64,000 bases of DNA from Bugula neritina (GCA_964035545.1 OZ037771.1:10978480-11042479); one strand, 5' to 3'. Counted from the first letter of the stretch, positions 1-13,497 are shown. The notes: generated by a model not told the origin, from the sequence alone. A program made the numbers and translations.

Positions 1-972
1 AGGGAATATACATGTATTTGACTGAAATAAATTGTGATTTGCTCATTTGCTCCCCCCCTCTCCCTTCTGTACTCCAGTCACAAACCTCAGCCATGCATGC
101 ACCTTAGCTAAAGTACATAAAAAAAGTCCACTCGGAATTTTGTAGTACATGTTACTAAAGTTCTTTTTAATAAACGGTCCTCTGAAGTGAAAATAACAGA
201 ACATTTTTAGTTCTAAACAATAATGATAATGGCACTGCAGACCCGAGTGACGTGCATTTGATTTTGCCTTCCTCTGCTATCAGTAGTGGCACAAACTGTA
301 CAGCTAAAACATGAATTTTGCTGTAGATATGAAAGAGTATCTTTATTTTTTGTAATATTAAATAAATAAAGATGAGATGTAACAAAATACGCAAAATTTC
401 AATATATTTGTTATGTCCCACCCAGTGGCCCATTGTACCCTGGTACCGGGGCACAATGGGCCAATTTTTTCGTCATGAAAATTTCACTATTCTGAAAGTT
501 GTGAGAGAGATAGAAACAACAAACTGGTACCTGTAATAGACAACAGATGCAACATCAAGACTAAAAATTATTGAACTAGTAACTTGAAAAACAGACGAAT
601 AAGAGCAACAAATGCAAAATTCTCCCCGTTGTGCCCCCGTTACCCCTATAACCTGGAAAACTACTCCGCTAACAAATTACAAAGTATGTAACTCCATTTC
701 ATTTCTCATTACTCATTATATACTCACAATGAGTAGAGACACTGAAACTTCTGCTGCAACTATAAATTTGATAGAATAAAACTATTTACATGCATTGTTG
801 GTTAGTCAATGAAATTTTGTATAGAAATGATTTTCTAATAGAATCAACAGCAGTGTTGGCAGCTACCTTGTTCTATACATAATCCAAACTACAAAGTTTC
901 AGAAATTCATCGGTCTTTGTTTGTCTCAATAGATTTGTTTGAGTTCTATAAAAGTTATTATCTGACTTTTAG

Positions 973-1155
973 ATAAAAGATGATAATAAAAGAGCACAAG
1001 TTTTATATAAAGTTGAGCAGTTTCTCCAAGAAAACCACTTCACAGTGTCCTATAAAGTCTTCAATGACCCAATATTTGGGAGCGTCAAAGTGCATCCTGT
1101 AGCTCAGAAAATAATTGATACTCCACAGTTCCAGCGACTACGCCACATAAAACAG
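973..1155 (+). CDS. SAMHD1: SAMHD1-A exon ([11 protein letters not shown]...KVFNDPIFG...[15 protein letters not shown])
   Basis: ttttag acceptor, cag|gt donor, 61 open codons with allosteric-site-1 motif. Confidence 0.9.
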
Positions 1156-4100
1156 GTCTGGTTCAAAGTATTAAATATTTATATGATTGAAGCAAGCTTG
1201 TCTTAGTTTTTATAACATATCTCACTATTTAGTTGGCATCATTAAACCACGTGTACCCCGGAGCTAATGGCACCAGGTTTGACCATAGTCTGGGAGTTTA
1301 CCACTTAGCTGGGAAACTTGTGAAATCTTTAAGAAAGAATCAACCTGAGCTTGGTCTGACAAAGGTGGATTGCCTTTGCGTTGAGGTAAAAATTTATATT
1401 CAAAATTGCGTACATCTACTTCACCAACTGTCAATGACAATATATCTAAAGAGTTAATATATGTACATACATGAAAATGAAAAAGAGGATTGAGATAAAA
1501 TTTGTATATATATGTGTGAAGTTTGGATAAGCACATAAGAATATGTTTTGCATATATCCGTCACAAGTTTTAAATATTCATTATAAATGCTGAGATGCTT
1601 ATTAATGTGAAGTTTACCTTTGATTGGTTAATTCCTAAAACTGATCTTGATAAGCCTAAATATCTTATAGTTAGTGGAAAGTACATAACTGTTAAACCTT
1701 CAACTTAGTAAGGCCTAGGAAATGGAGATATACACATGTTCTGATGCAGGATCTTTTTAAAAGATAAATATTTAAAGAGAACAATTAGGAAAATTTTTTA
1801 TGAACAAAATTCCTTAATGACCTGAACCTTGTTTGTATTTATTAATGAAAAGTGAATTTATTGTAGTTGAGTTATACAAGTTGTAAGAAAATTATTATAA
1901 TAGCTTTAAATTTCAGCAATTTAGTATATATTAAATTTTTATGGACATATACTAACTAATTTGCTTAACATTTAAGATAATTGCATTATTAGCCATGGTT
2001 TTTCGTAGTTTCTTTTATCATAATGTGTGTACATGCAGCTAGCTGGCCTATGCCATGATTTGGGACACGGACCATTCTCGCATCTGTTCGAGAGTGTAGT
2101 CCGTGAAATACAAGAAAAAAATGAAAGCGGTAAACCATGGCACCATGAAAGCAACACAATAAAAATGTTGAACTATATCTATTTTGATGAGAAAACCGGT
2201 GTCAAAGAGGAGTTTTCTTACTGGGGGTTAGATGATATTGATATGGAGTTTATCAAGAGTCTAGTGAAAGGCGACATTGATGAGGTAAATACCACACACT
2301 TTTTACTCTGCACTAATTCTCACCTATTCTTACCTATCTCCACTTTGAGAAAGTTTTTACTCTGCACTAATACCCAACAATATTGTTTTGTAAATTTATG
2401 CTGCGAAGGGTTAAAATTACCGGGGAGATTCATAAGAAGCTAATGCTGCACCCAGAACATAAGACTTTTTTGACAATGGGTAGTGAGAGAAGACGAGATT
2501 TGCCAGTCAGATATAGAATATATTGCAGACCTACTTGTTATATAGAGCCAAGGTCTAACTCTTCACAATATTATAATTGCCAAAAGATAGCTACAATAGC
2601 ATACAATTATAGAGAGCGCAACGTTATCAAATGCAGCTCCAGTCCAACTCACTTTCTGAGGCATTCCACTTCACTTATATATGAGTGGAATGCCTCATCC
2701 TGATTGGGTGACTGTTTCGGGTGCTCGAATAGGCAGAATAGGATGCTGAATTGGCATTCGAGAATCTGTTTTTGGCCAAATTCAAATTTCCGTTTGAGAG
2801 CTCATCACTCCATATGAATTGCCTCATCATCGCATAGGCATTTATATGTCTCCAATCAAATCCACCCCATATGTAAACAGAGAATGCACATATACAAGTA
2901 TAATACAAGAATACAAATAACACAGGTGTTCAGAACAAGAATAAGAATACAGAAAGTTCCAGAACTGTCTGGCTAAGTGCGTTAAGTGCACTTTAGTACA
3001 TGGTTAGTTAATATTTAGGCAAGATTATAATATGTAGGGTCACAGGCTATTATAAGGGGGATGGCAATGCATAATATGGCAAAATCCATTACAAAATTAT
3101 AGTAAAATACACTGTATTTTTATGTGTAGCTAAAAGCATAGTGAAAAAGCAATTATTTTTAGTTTACAGTACTTATTTTCATAATAATTATTGTTAATAT
3201 CATTTATGCTTTATAGTATATAATATTTTGCTTTGCCGTATTCTAAGATTTTATGTGGTATTGTTGCTAACACTGTCAGACATAGTTAAAAATCTTACTT
3301 TGGTTTTACTCAAATAAGCACTTTTATCCAATTTCTGCTCTGACTGCAGATTGACATATTGTGAATTTTAAAAAAAGAAATAACTACAGGACAAATTTTA
3401 TATAGTTGAATTTTATTGCTATATGAGAAACTGCTTGAACAAAATTTTTAGATATATGATTTTGCGTTACAGGGTGAAACAACTGGCAGAAGAGAGTCAA
3501 AGTCATTTCTGTATCAAATAGTTGCTAACAAAGATAGTGGGATGGATGTTGATAAATGGGACTATGTAGTTAGGGATGCTCACTACTTGGGTATGAAACA
3601 CAGATTTGTCTGTACTCTGTAAAATTGTATTTTATACATGCTATGTGTAATAATGAATTATTATAATTTTCAAACTATTATTGTAATAGTAAAAAAATAA
3701 CAGCATACCTTTTAACTTTTAAAGGATTGCTCTATCTTAGTTTATTACAATCACATTATGATTATGAACTATAATCTAATGTGTATGCAAACAATTGTGA
3801 CTTTGCAAAGGGATATATGCCTAGAAAACAGCTTTTCAAAATTCCAATTTTGAGAGAGGTAAAATTTTCAGCCATGAAAAAGATTAGCCTAATACGTGAC
3901 GTGTGAACGCCAGTAACTATGCTGCACGTGCTAACTATAACGCTAGTATTCAAGGTTGCTGAGCGCAACATCAACCAATAACGCTCAAGCAGTTACAGTG
4001 CGCTATATAGGTCAGCTTTGGTGCACCCGTAATATTGCACAATCTGACCTAGTTTAGATCGTTCGCAGGCATTCATCCTAAAGAATGCATGTTTTTGCAA

Positions 4101-4632
4101 TGCTTTTTTCTATGTTCACAAGCAAAATATGGCCTAATGTTATCACGTACATGTTATTTAACATGTCAAAAAACTATAGATTGAGATAATTCACATTTGC
4201 ACTTCTATAAATATACAAATTACGAGCTGAAAGATCACATCTCACAGTCATATTTCTATAGTTATTCATTTGTATAGTCACGTGACCAGCAGGAATGCTG
4301 GCGCTGTTACGTCACATTTCCCAGCTCATTTCAAAATCGGCGTTTTGGCTGTTACCAATCTACACCCTCAACTTCAACTAACTTTTTCTACCTTTGGTCA
4401 AATGCTTTTTGTCAATGCATGCTTAGAAAAACACAATATTATGTGTGTTTGACCTAAATGGCCATTTATTAGACAAGATAGAGCAATCCTTTAAAACATA
4501 AATCTGATCTACTATTGCTAAGGTGTGGACCATGGTTCTCTGTTCTGTGCTGATGAGGGGACAAATCCCGAAACAGCTGCTGTACACAGATTGAGTTTTA
4601 TATTTATATATAACATGTATATAGATACATAT

Positions 4633-4718
<86 letters not shown>

Positions 4719-7700
4719 CTCTAAATTGTTTTCTCAGGAATAAAAATCAATTTTGAGTATGAAAGGCTACTTCACAACGTCAGGGTGATTGAAGTGAGTG
4801 GTAACCAACTTCAAGAACCTATGAAGCCTCACATCTGCTTCAGAGATAAAGAACTCGATTCGGCTTTCAATTTGTTTCAAACAAGATACAACTTGCATAA
4901 GCAAGGTACTTTAGTTTGTCTAAGTCTGTCACTATTACTTTTGTTGTATTTACCTTATATTGCTATGTATTTAAATTTGACTGGTGATCAAAGTTTAATT
5001 TTTGCTGCAACATCATTCTAAAGTTAAAAAATTGCATTCAAAAGACCTGATGGCAATAGTGATAACTGCAGGCTACGGAATCTTTTATGTTCTGTTTGGG
5101 TATAGTTATGTTAGCATAGTATGCTATACATGAACATATACATGTATATATACGTTAATTATGCAATGTTTTTATGTAGTTACGTATACTAATATTATAT
5201 ATGCTTTGTAACATATAAATCATGTGTTATATATGAGCTCATTATATACTATAGCATTTGCCAGTATATATGACTTGTCTAAGAGTATTTATTACTGGTT
5301 AGCAAGTTGCTACTTATTTATATTTTATGAGCTTGTGCTGAAGTTTCTATAATGTAGCCTACTAGCTGCTTTACATAGATGCAATACCCAACTATAACAT
5401 GCATTTTTGAATGACTGCAACTATGACAATCTATGAAATGTAAACTAAAGTTGCATTTATGCCTCTGCTGAAAAAAGTTCCGAGTTTCAGTTAAAAACAC
5501 TCGCTAGAGTATCCCTTTATAGTCAAACTGAAACTTGGTAAAATTTTATTGATGCAAAAGCTTACTTTTTAAAAGTGAATTGCTATTTGATGCCCTTTGA
5601 AAACGTCGTGAATTAGTAAAGTCGAGAGCATAAAAGTGATAATTGAGAAGGCATAGGCGACATAATTATTAATATATAAGTATGTCAGTTATATGTTATT
5701 ACTTTATATACGTTATTACTCCTTTTGAGTATTATTCTGAACTCAGCCAATTATTAGTTATCACAGTACAAACATGTTTACGAGTGGCTTTTATAATGCA
5801 ATGCAACTCGGAGAAATTTTAACTCGGCCAAATTAAATTTCTGATTGAAAATCGTGAAGGTATAAATGCAACTTAATACATCAGTTTATTATCTAATGGT
5901 TGCTATTTCTCTCAGCATATCAACATCCTGTTGGAACAGCTGTGGACCTCATGATTAAGGATGCAATAGTTGCTGCTGCCCCCCATCTCAGGATTAAGGG
6001 AAAAAGTTTACTGGAATGTTTGGATGATATGGAAAGCTACACCCTTCTTACTGATGGTATATTCTATAAGGTAATGGAAAAACCACGTATTTCTCCCATA
6101 CAATAATAAATATGGTAGAACCAATAATAATTCTCTTTGGTCATTAACTGAGAAAAAAATTGTTTTTATTTACATTTATCTGTTTACAAATGTGCTTTAA
6201 TTGGTCAATTTTTTGTGTAATTACTGCTTTCTGTTTTTAATATCAACATGATGCATATTATATGTAGGTAATTGAATTGTGTTTTTGTTGTATTTGTGTG
6301 GTATTTGGTCAAACTAGAAAATAACAAACATTTTAAGCTTAGCATGCAAACTATATAAAAACATGTTAACAAGTTTAATAATAATATAAATTAAAACAAA
6401 TTTAATTCATCATAATTGAATGACATCAACAACTGCTTTAAGCAACTTTTAAAATTATTTCTTTCCCAAAACATGATTTTGTAATTCAAAACCATAGATT
6501 GAGCAGATTATTAATATTGTTTTATTCACTAGATGTCTGTTTGATAAGTGATTATCAGCAGATTTGTTTTCATTTGTAAATTATTTTAATCAAACTCTGG
6601 AATCTGTCAAACAGAAAGTGACTATGGTTGTCAAAGCAGTAAGTAGATTGAACGACTACAACATTATGAAAAGATAACTTCAGGTTAATAGGATAATTTG
6701 ACAATCAACATAAATTCTGTACATATTATAACATCCCCTCTATAGTTTTAGTGTTACAAAAAGTACACAAAAGAAGCTGCGTGTTTGAGAATAGTAATTG
6801 CATTGATTGCACTTTTTACTATAGGCATGGATTATAGTAAACTGCATACAGTCAAAATCTGTGAAGTAGCGTAACATTACTAGAACATCAGCGACGTCAG
6901 CCCATATAAAGGGTCCAGTGTCAGTCATTTCATTTGTTTGCTGAGTAATATCATCTAAAGAATGTGGCGCTTAGCCTTCTCTTTGCACATCTCTCATCGA
7001 TTTACTTTGTCTCCTTTATTTACTGGTAAAAAGGGTGCATTTTAGACATTTTCATCATCATTCTCTCTCATTTTCTTTAAACTGATCATTACTCTTTTTG
7101 ACTTGATCATGATTAGAAAGTTCAGGGATGGATTGGTACAGCGGACCTAAATTGTCTTCCTATTACAAATTCTAGGTGAGGAGGATTTATAGGCTAATAA
7201 AGCCAAATAAGGATCTTTTCTTTTAACACGCATGCTTTTGATGCTCCTTACTCCATGCTTGGCTGCCCCATTAGCTCTGTGATAATATGGACTCCTGGTC
7301 ACATGAGTAAAACCATGTGTGACAAAAAAATATTTAAATTTTGCACCTGCATATTGTGGGCTGTTGCTTGACAATAGTATTTCAGGTATACCATGTCATA
7401 AAAACATAGATTTTAGGTGTGTTATTAGTTTATTCGAAGAAATGTCCGAGTTTTCGAGCAAGGCATTTTCGGGAAACTTTGAATAATAATCAATAACCAG
7501 AAGATATACTTGGCTTTTATAAATCAATAAATCAGTGCTAAGATGTTGAAAAAGTTTATCTGGAGTGAGGAAAGAGCACAATGACTGCGTAAATTTAGCT
7601 GCAAAATTAGTGTAGCCTTCGACACAACTGCTTTTCATAGTCTCAATAGCCTTTAAAATAGAAGACCATCATGCATGTACTATTTTTAATTCGTCCTTCA

Positions 7701-10700
7701 CATTTTGCAATGTACAAGTGTCCTCAATGCATATCTCCCAATACCTGATGCTTTAAGCAAAGGGTATTATCAATTATTTGCCAAGTGTCAAGAATACTTT
7801 GTTCATTGTTAAAAGACCTTTTCTCAAAATAAAACTTCAGGGTGGACAAATACTTCGGCCATCTATTTTTTACAAGCCTAATTATTTTTGACAGTATTTC
7901 AATTTTACTTTGTTTGACAGAAAACCGTTTCAACCTGCTATTAGATTTATATAAGTGAATACTTCTATTTATTATAAAAACTCACGAAAGTTTATGGTTG
8001 CAAACCCTGTGAGAAACTCTGATAGAAAGGGTTTTTGTTTGAACAGGCTAAGGACTTGTTTAGATGAAGCACAGGAGCAATTATGACTGGATGCTCTTCC
8101 TAACATCACCAATGGCCTTTGTCGGGGTTTGAACCTATGACTTTGAGCTCACAAAGCAAACGCTTCAACCCCTAGACCATGGCTGCTTCCACAATACTTT
8201 TATATTATATTATGTGAAGTTAAATATCTTATTCTCTTGCTATATTTATCTTGCTTGCTTCGGTAGTGTTATACCTAAAGAGAGCTTCAGCCGCAATATT
8301 CTTGGACTCACTTACATGTCTGATGATATACTGAAATTTTTTTAGTCCAGGTTTAAACCTTTGAATTCTTGGTAAGAGTATGTGCAGAAAAAGATTACCA
8401 AATAAACTGATGAGTGGGCAATGATCAGTTCCAATAATCATGTTTTTTATACCTAGAATGTTTGGAAAAAACTATCTTTATAAGCCTGACAGACTATTAA
8501 GCATTTCCTCTCTGGATTCATAACACTTCTTTATTTCTGCCAAAGGTTGACTTGCTTAGAAATCAAGTGTCTAGGGCTATTCTGTTGAATTTGGTATAGT
8601 GTTGCCACCCGACCTGCATGACTAGCATCTGTTCTAATTATGGTATCTCTGTTTATATCATAGACCATTAAACCTGGTACATTTTGAAATACTTTCTTTT
8701 CTCTCAAAAAAGTCTTCTGCCTTTGAGACCCTTTTGGATGATGTTCATTTAAATTAAGACCACTAACCATACGATAGCTACTATATGTGTCATCATGTTC
8801 CACCATCTCACTACACTGGAAATGAACAGTAAGTAACTCTTAGTAAATGTCTTCAAATTCTTCCCAAAGTTGCTTTAAATGGGTCTGGCTGGCACTGCTG
8901 AGTACTCTAACTACCGTTTAGAGGCGAGCCTTCAAAAATGACCGCTCATCTTTCATGTTTATCACCATTCTTTCAGTCTCCATTATAGTTGGTTAACTTC
9001 TTTGGACACTGATACTTGAAGTGTACTACTGGAAACAGTTAAGGTGTTTGCTGACTCTAGATACTGGCACTTGATACTGGAACTTTTTACTTGTATCTTC
9101 TGTTATAATCTCCAAAGCTTCCAAGTCACTATACAGCATCTAAACTTGCCATCTTGTAACTTTGTTATTCTTCAGCTAGTACTGCATTATTCATCTTCCC
9201 CAATATAGAGCACCAATTTCTTAGCAACATCACATTGGATGGTTAGTACTATCCTGGGATAATTGGCACTCCTTCAATTTCTATTTATTGCTGGTATGAT
9301 GGTTCCTGATACTTGGTACTGCTGGGATTTAGTACTTCTGATGTTTAGTACTGCATGTGCCAAGAATGGCTTATTGAGTTGGATAGCAACAAGCATGGAA
9401 CAATAACTTTAATCTTTGAATTTATTGTTCATTCTTTGTCTTTTACTCTATATCAAAAAATCAAAAAATAGTTACATGCTGTACGAAATCATATACATAA
9501 ATAACTTTTAAATATCAAAAAAACTTCAGAATTATAATAGCTCTTACAAACATCAGCTCCTTTGAACCTTTTTCTGGCAAGTGAAACTACTATAACACTC
9601 AACGTACAAACTAAAGAGTTTCATGTACCAGCCAAAAAACAAATAAAAAAAGCCAAAAGATAGCTGAGCAAACTGCAAAAGCTAACAGTATAACTTTAGT
9701 AAAATATTGGCAAACAGCCAGGATTATTTCTCTGGCACATTGGCTAATACAAGCTGAATGTCAGAAATTACACGAAGAATATAAAAAAAAATCAAGTACA
9801 TCAAGTTTCTTGATCTATTTCAATGTTTTCCCAAAACCCAACTTCTTTTTTATTTATAACATGTATGTTAAAAAGTAAATGCCCCTATTGACATTCCTGT
9901 GAAAGTAGACACTCCTGGTTCAGCATTCAATAGCTAAATTAAACCTTATTTTAGTGTGGGAGTCTTGCTTTTTTACATTATACATGTGCAAGTACTACCA
10001 GTCCAAAATCTAATCCCTAGCTATGACCTGTCAACTAAAAAGCCTATATGAGATGAAAATATGAAAGCAGTCAACTTATGATTTAATACTTCAAAAACCG
10101 ATACAAATTCAACCTGCTGTCAAATAGCAAATATATATACTAGCTTTTTGTTATATTAAATTTGCTAAAAGGATTTTGAGCATTTTTTGAAAATAGGTCT
10201 CTCATCTCAACAAAATACATGAATTTTTGCTAACTGCATTGACTGAATAATAACTATTAACTAGGCTAACTTTTATACTAGCAGCTTTTTAGCATATGCA
10301 CCTCTTTATGTAATTTAATACAATATTTTAAAATTTAGTATAATTCATAAATTTTAGTTTTATAAATATCATATTTATTCTGTATAGGTTGTAAGATATA
10401 ACATTAGGTTGACGGTGGGTCAGCTCAAATTTATTATCTTGTCTGTTGGTACCAACAGCTGCTACATTTACAAGTTTATTTATTTGAAAATAACAAAAAA
10501 CTGGGCTATGATGAGAATTGTATATTTTTTTGATAATTTATTAATTATTTGGCACAAAATAGTGTACAGCGTAATTACATGCTTTAGATCTTGTACAGTG
10601 AAGAGGAAGATTTGAAAAAAGCTCGAGAAATTTTAGAAAGAATTGAACAGCGGAGGCTGTATAAGCAGGTGGCTGAAGCTGAACTTACTGGTAAATTTAT

Positions 10701-12916
10701 AATGTAATTAATTACCTAGCTAATGTTAGTGCTTTCGCGCTAATTAACAAAATTTTTTCTAAACAATAATTACATGCACCAATTTGACTGTTCACACTAC
10801 TATTATAAGTATGTGCACAACTTGTCCTAAATATTTAGTAAAAATATGCTTATCTGAAATAAACAATGATTTTTGTGTGTCATATTTCAACATATAAAAG
10901 TCATGTAAAGTTGTTTTCGATAGGTTGACGTAGATCTTGCTATCTAACGGAACATAATTAGGTATTATAACTATGTATGTAAAATTTGTTCATATGTTTG
11001 AAAAATACATGATTTTTTGGCACTCTATCTATACACACCCTTTAGATGTTATAAGATAGTGTTCATAAAAAATTATACGTTGTTTCACACTTACTATAAT
11101 TTTAAAAATGGTGAAACATGTCTCACCAAAGTACTATACTATTGCAGATAGCATGCTTTTGACAACATTATTCTTTTAGCATAACCAAATGAAATTCACA
11201 CTTTTTGATCAGGTCATCAGGATAAAGGAGCTATTACAAAGAAGTTGCAAAAAACTTTGAATTCACACCTCGAAAAAGATACCTTTCTCCTTAAAAAGTC
11301 ACACAGACACTTTGGCAAAAAAGAATATAATCCTTTGCATTTTATTTGGTGAGTTGATGGCCTGTAACATAATTTATTAAAATCTGAAAAAACCTGTTAA
11401 ACACTCATTCTTTATTGCATATTTAACGTTTTAAATTTTACATTTACATTATATTTTACATTATATAACGTGTGTGTGTTGCGTGTGTGTGTTGCGTGTG
11501 TGTTTCGTGTGTGTGTTGCGTGTGTGTGTTGCGTGTGTGTGTTGCGTGTGTGTGTTGCGTGTGTGTGCTGCGTGTGTGTGCTGCGTGTGTGTGCTGCGTG
11601 TGTGTTGTGCGTGTGTGTTGTGCGTGTGTGTTGTGCGTTTGTGTTGTGCGTGTGTGTTGTGCGTTTGTGTTGTGCGTTTGCGTTGTGCGTTTGTGTTGTG
11701 CGTTTGTGTTGTGCGTGTGTGTGTGTGTGTGTGTGTTGTGTGTGTTGTGTGTGTTGTGTGTGTTGTGTGTGTGTGTGTGTGTGTGTAATTCTATCTATTA
11801 ATTTACTAGTTTATCTAATTATAGCTTATAACAGGTAATACCATCTACCATTATGAATACTACCACTGTCGCCGCCACCACCACTTTCCGCGCCAATATA
11901 GCTATCACAATCAGCATCATTGTCATACTTGCACATTATACCTATAGTAGAAGTATCTATTTGTATAGATACTGTTTAAAAGCTTCAGTTAAACCGAACA
12001 TAGATTCTTTATAAGATAGTCTAATTCATTTTAACCGCTTTGTTTAAAATAAGCTACAGGAGATAGCTTCAACTATTATAAAACTTGCTCAATATATAAA
12101 TTAAAGGCTTTGCCATTCACTCATAGAAAAGTTGAGTGCCATATTTATTCTGTGACAATTTTTATGTTTATCATTTTAAGCCATAAAAACTCATGCTGAT
12201 TTTTGATAAATAAATAAATACTGAAGTGCTTTTTGGATAAATTTTATGCAAATTTAATAACCTTTGGAGCTCAATACTTGAGATGTGCTAATGAGCTAAT
12301 ACAAATTATACTTTATCTAACGATTAAAACTTAATTTCAAGGTTTTACAGAAAAATGAATCCTTTACAAGCTGAAAAATACTGTGGGGACCAAACCATGC
12401 GGGAAAAGTTTCAGGACGAGGTAAATTGGTAAATCTTGTTTCATAGTTTCTTCTGATGATGTTTTGACAGACTAATAAATAAAAGTTCTGCAAATAATCA
12501 GTAATAATAAAGGTTAATAAGAGTATGGTCTCAACCAATATCTAAGCAGATAATGAAGTATTGCAGAGTTTATAATAATTCAATAAAGTCATGAAAGAAA
12601 AAACTAAAAATTTCCAATTGCATGTTGGAACGGTTGCGTGCAATTATTGAAGCACAAATCAACAACCAAAAATATCAAATTTGAAATGTTTTGACTTGCA
12701 AGTTTGTAGCAGGCATTATATAATATCAGAACAACATCACACTCATTTATGTTATTTTTGTTATTTTATAGGTAGTAATTTTTTTTAGTCTATTCATTTT
12801 ATTTACAGTCTCTTGCGGTGTTTTGCAAAGCTGAGGGCAACATTGATAATCATCGTAAAACTGCTGAAGACAAGATTAAGGATCTTGGCCTTTCTCTTCG
12901 TGAGTCACACGCTTAA
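973..12916 (+). CDS. SAMHD1: SAMHD1-like dNTP triphosphohydrolase, paralog A (5'-partial, 10 exons)
   Basis: GT-AG exons 973-1155, 1233-1385, 2039-2284, 3473-3590, 4738-4905, 5916-6070, 10588-10690, 11213-11348, 12342-12420 and 12809-12916 splice in phase. They give [66 protein letters not shown]..stop TAA. No start exon found in 1-972. Confidence 0.93.
1233..1385 (+). CDS. SAMHD1: SAMHD1-A exon ([22 protein letters not shown]...CVE)
   Basis: tttag acceptor, gag|gta donor; first HD-domain His motif. Confidence 0.93.
2039..2284 (+). CDS. SAMHD1: SAMHD1-A exon ([18 protein letters not shown]...WHHE...)
   Basis: gcag acceptor, gag|gta donor; HD motif. Confidence 0.93.
3473..3590 (+). CDS. SAMHD1: SAMHD1-A exon ([39 protein letters not shown])
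   Basis: tacag acceptor, g|gtatg donor; DVDKWDY metal-binding Asp motif. Confidence 0.92.
4538..4595 (+). ncRNA. Type I hammerhead ribozyme motif in a SAMHD1-A intron
   Basis: UCUGUG-CUGAUGA-GGGGACAAAUCCC-GAAA-CAG CUG CUG-UA/CACAGA; all three stems pair; predicted cleavage after GUA at 4584. Confidence 0.8.
4638..4715. repeat. (TA)n microsatellite
   Basis: Direct reading. Confidence 0.95.
4738..4905 (+). CDS. SAMHD1: SAMHD1-A exon ([11 protein letters not shown]...ICFRDKE...TRYNLHKQ)
   Basis: ctcag acceptor, g|gtact donor, phase 1-1. Confidence 0.9.
5916..6070 (+). CDS. SAMHD1: SAMHD1-A exon (AYQHPVG...[16 protein letters not shown])
   Basis: ctcag acceptor, aag|gta donor; same 155-nt length as the matching B exon. 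Confidence 0.92.
6733..8810 (-). mobile_element. Decayed Ty3/Gypsy relic (RNase H-integrase), antisense in a SAMHD1-A intron
   Basis: Fragments [34 protein letters not shown] and SPYYHRANG; purine tract agagggga|tgt at about 6733. Confidence 0.8.
7965..8190 (-). mobile_element. tRNA-derived SINE-like insertion within the Gypsy relic
   Basis: Minus strand shows A-box-like tggtctagggg and B-box ggttcaaaccc (8125-8180); it interrupts pol fragments; aatactt on both flanks. Confidence 0.45.
10588..10690 (+). CDS. SAMHD1: SAMHD1-A exon ([34 protein letters not shown])
   Basis: tttag acceptor, g|gtaa donor; matches the AREIL..I..R.L.K motif. Confidence 0.9.
11213..11348 (+). CDS. SAMHD1: SAMHD1-A exon ([12 protein letters not shown]...[14 protein letters not shown])
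   Basis: atcag acceptor, tg|gtgagt donor; G....NP motif; phases fit neighbouring exons. Confidence 0.8.
11469..11786. repeat. Compound (TG)n/(TGCGTG) microsatellite
   Basis: Direct reading. Confidence 0.95.
12342..12420 (+). CDS. SAMHD1: SAMHD1-A exon ([26 protein letters not shown])
   Basis: aag acceptor, gag|gtaa donor; FY.K..P..A and EKF motifs. Confidence 0.8.
12809..12916 (+). CDS. SAMHD1: SAMHD1-A terminal exon ([10 protein letters not shown]...RESHA*)
   Basis: tacag acceptor; V(F/Y)CK motif; TAA stop; AATAAA signals near 13137 and 13177. Confidence 0.75.
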   Translation, partial: SLAVFCKAEGNIDNHRKTAEDKIKDLGLSLRESHA

Positions 12917-13497
12917 GTTTTAACAGTTGATTCAGCTAGAAAAAATGGAAAATATTGTAGATTTGTTGATGTACACATTATATACATTTTTTAGATTTTT
13001 ATATTAGTTTTTTATTAATTGATATCACTATGTTATTTATTAAATGCACCACATACGATAATGTATATGCAGAAATGTTATGTATGTTTACCAAATTGCA
13101 TAAAATATTTAATATTTTTCATCAATGATTTTTATCAATAAATTTCTTGATTCAAAACTGAAAATTCACTGAAAACAATAAAACAGCTGAATGATTCTGA
13201 GTTTTCTCAAAAATACTATGTAAAAGCGAGTTTGTTATTTGATTTGCATACATTTGTATCAGCAGATAAAAACATATTAGCTTTTACTATTTTATTGTAT
13301 TTATTGGAAAATGCTCAATGTGGAAGCTAAACATAAGTTGGCCCATGAAATAAGATCAGATGTGTTTTAGCAACAGAATTATATAATATATATACTAGGT
13401 GTTATCATTCCATGTACTTGTTACGCACATAGCAACAAAGCTCAAACAGTCGTTGGCATGTTATAAGGAATGTTCAACAAAACAAAAATTTTGAGTT

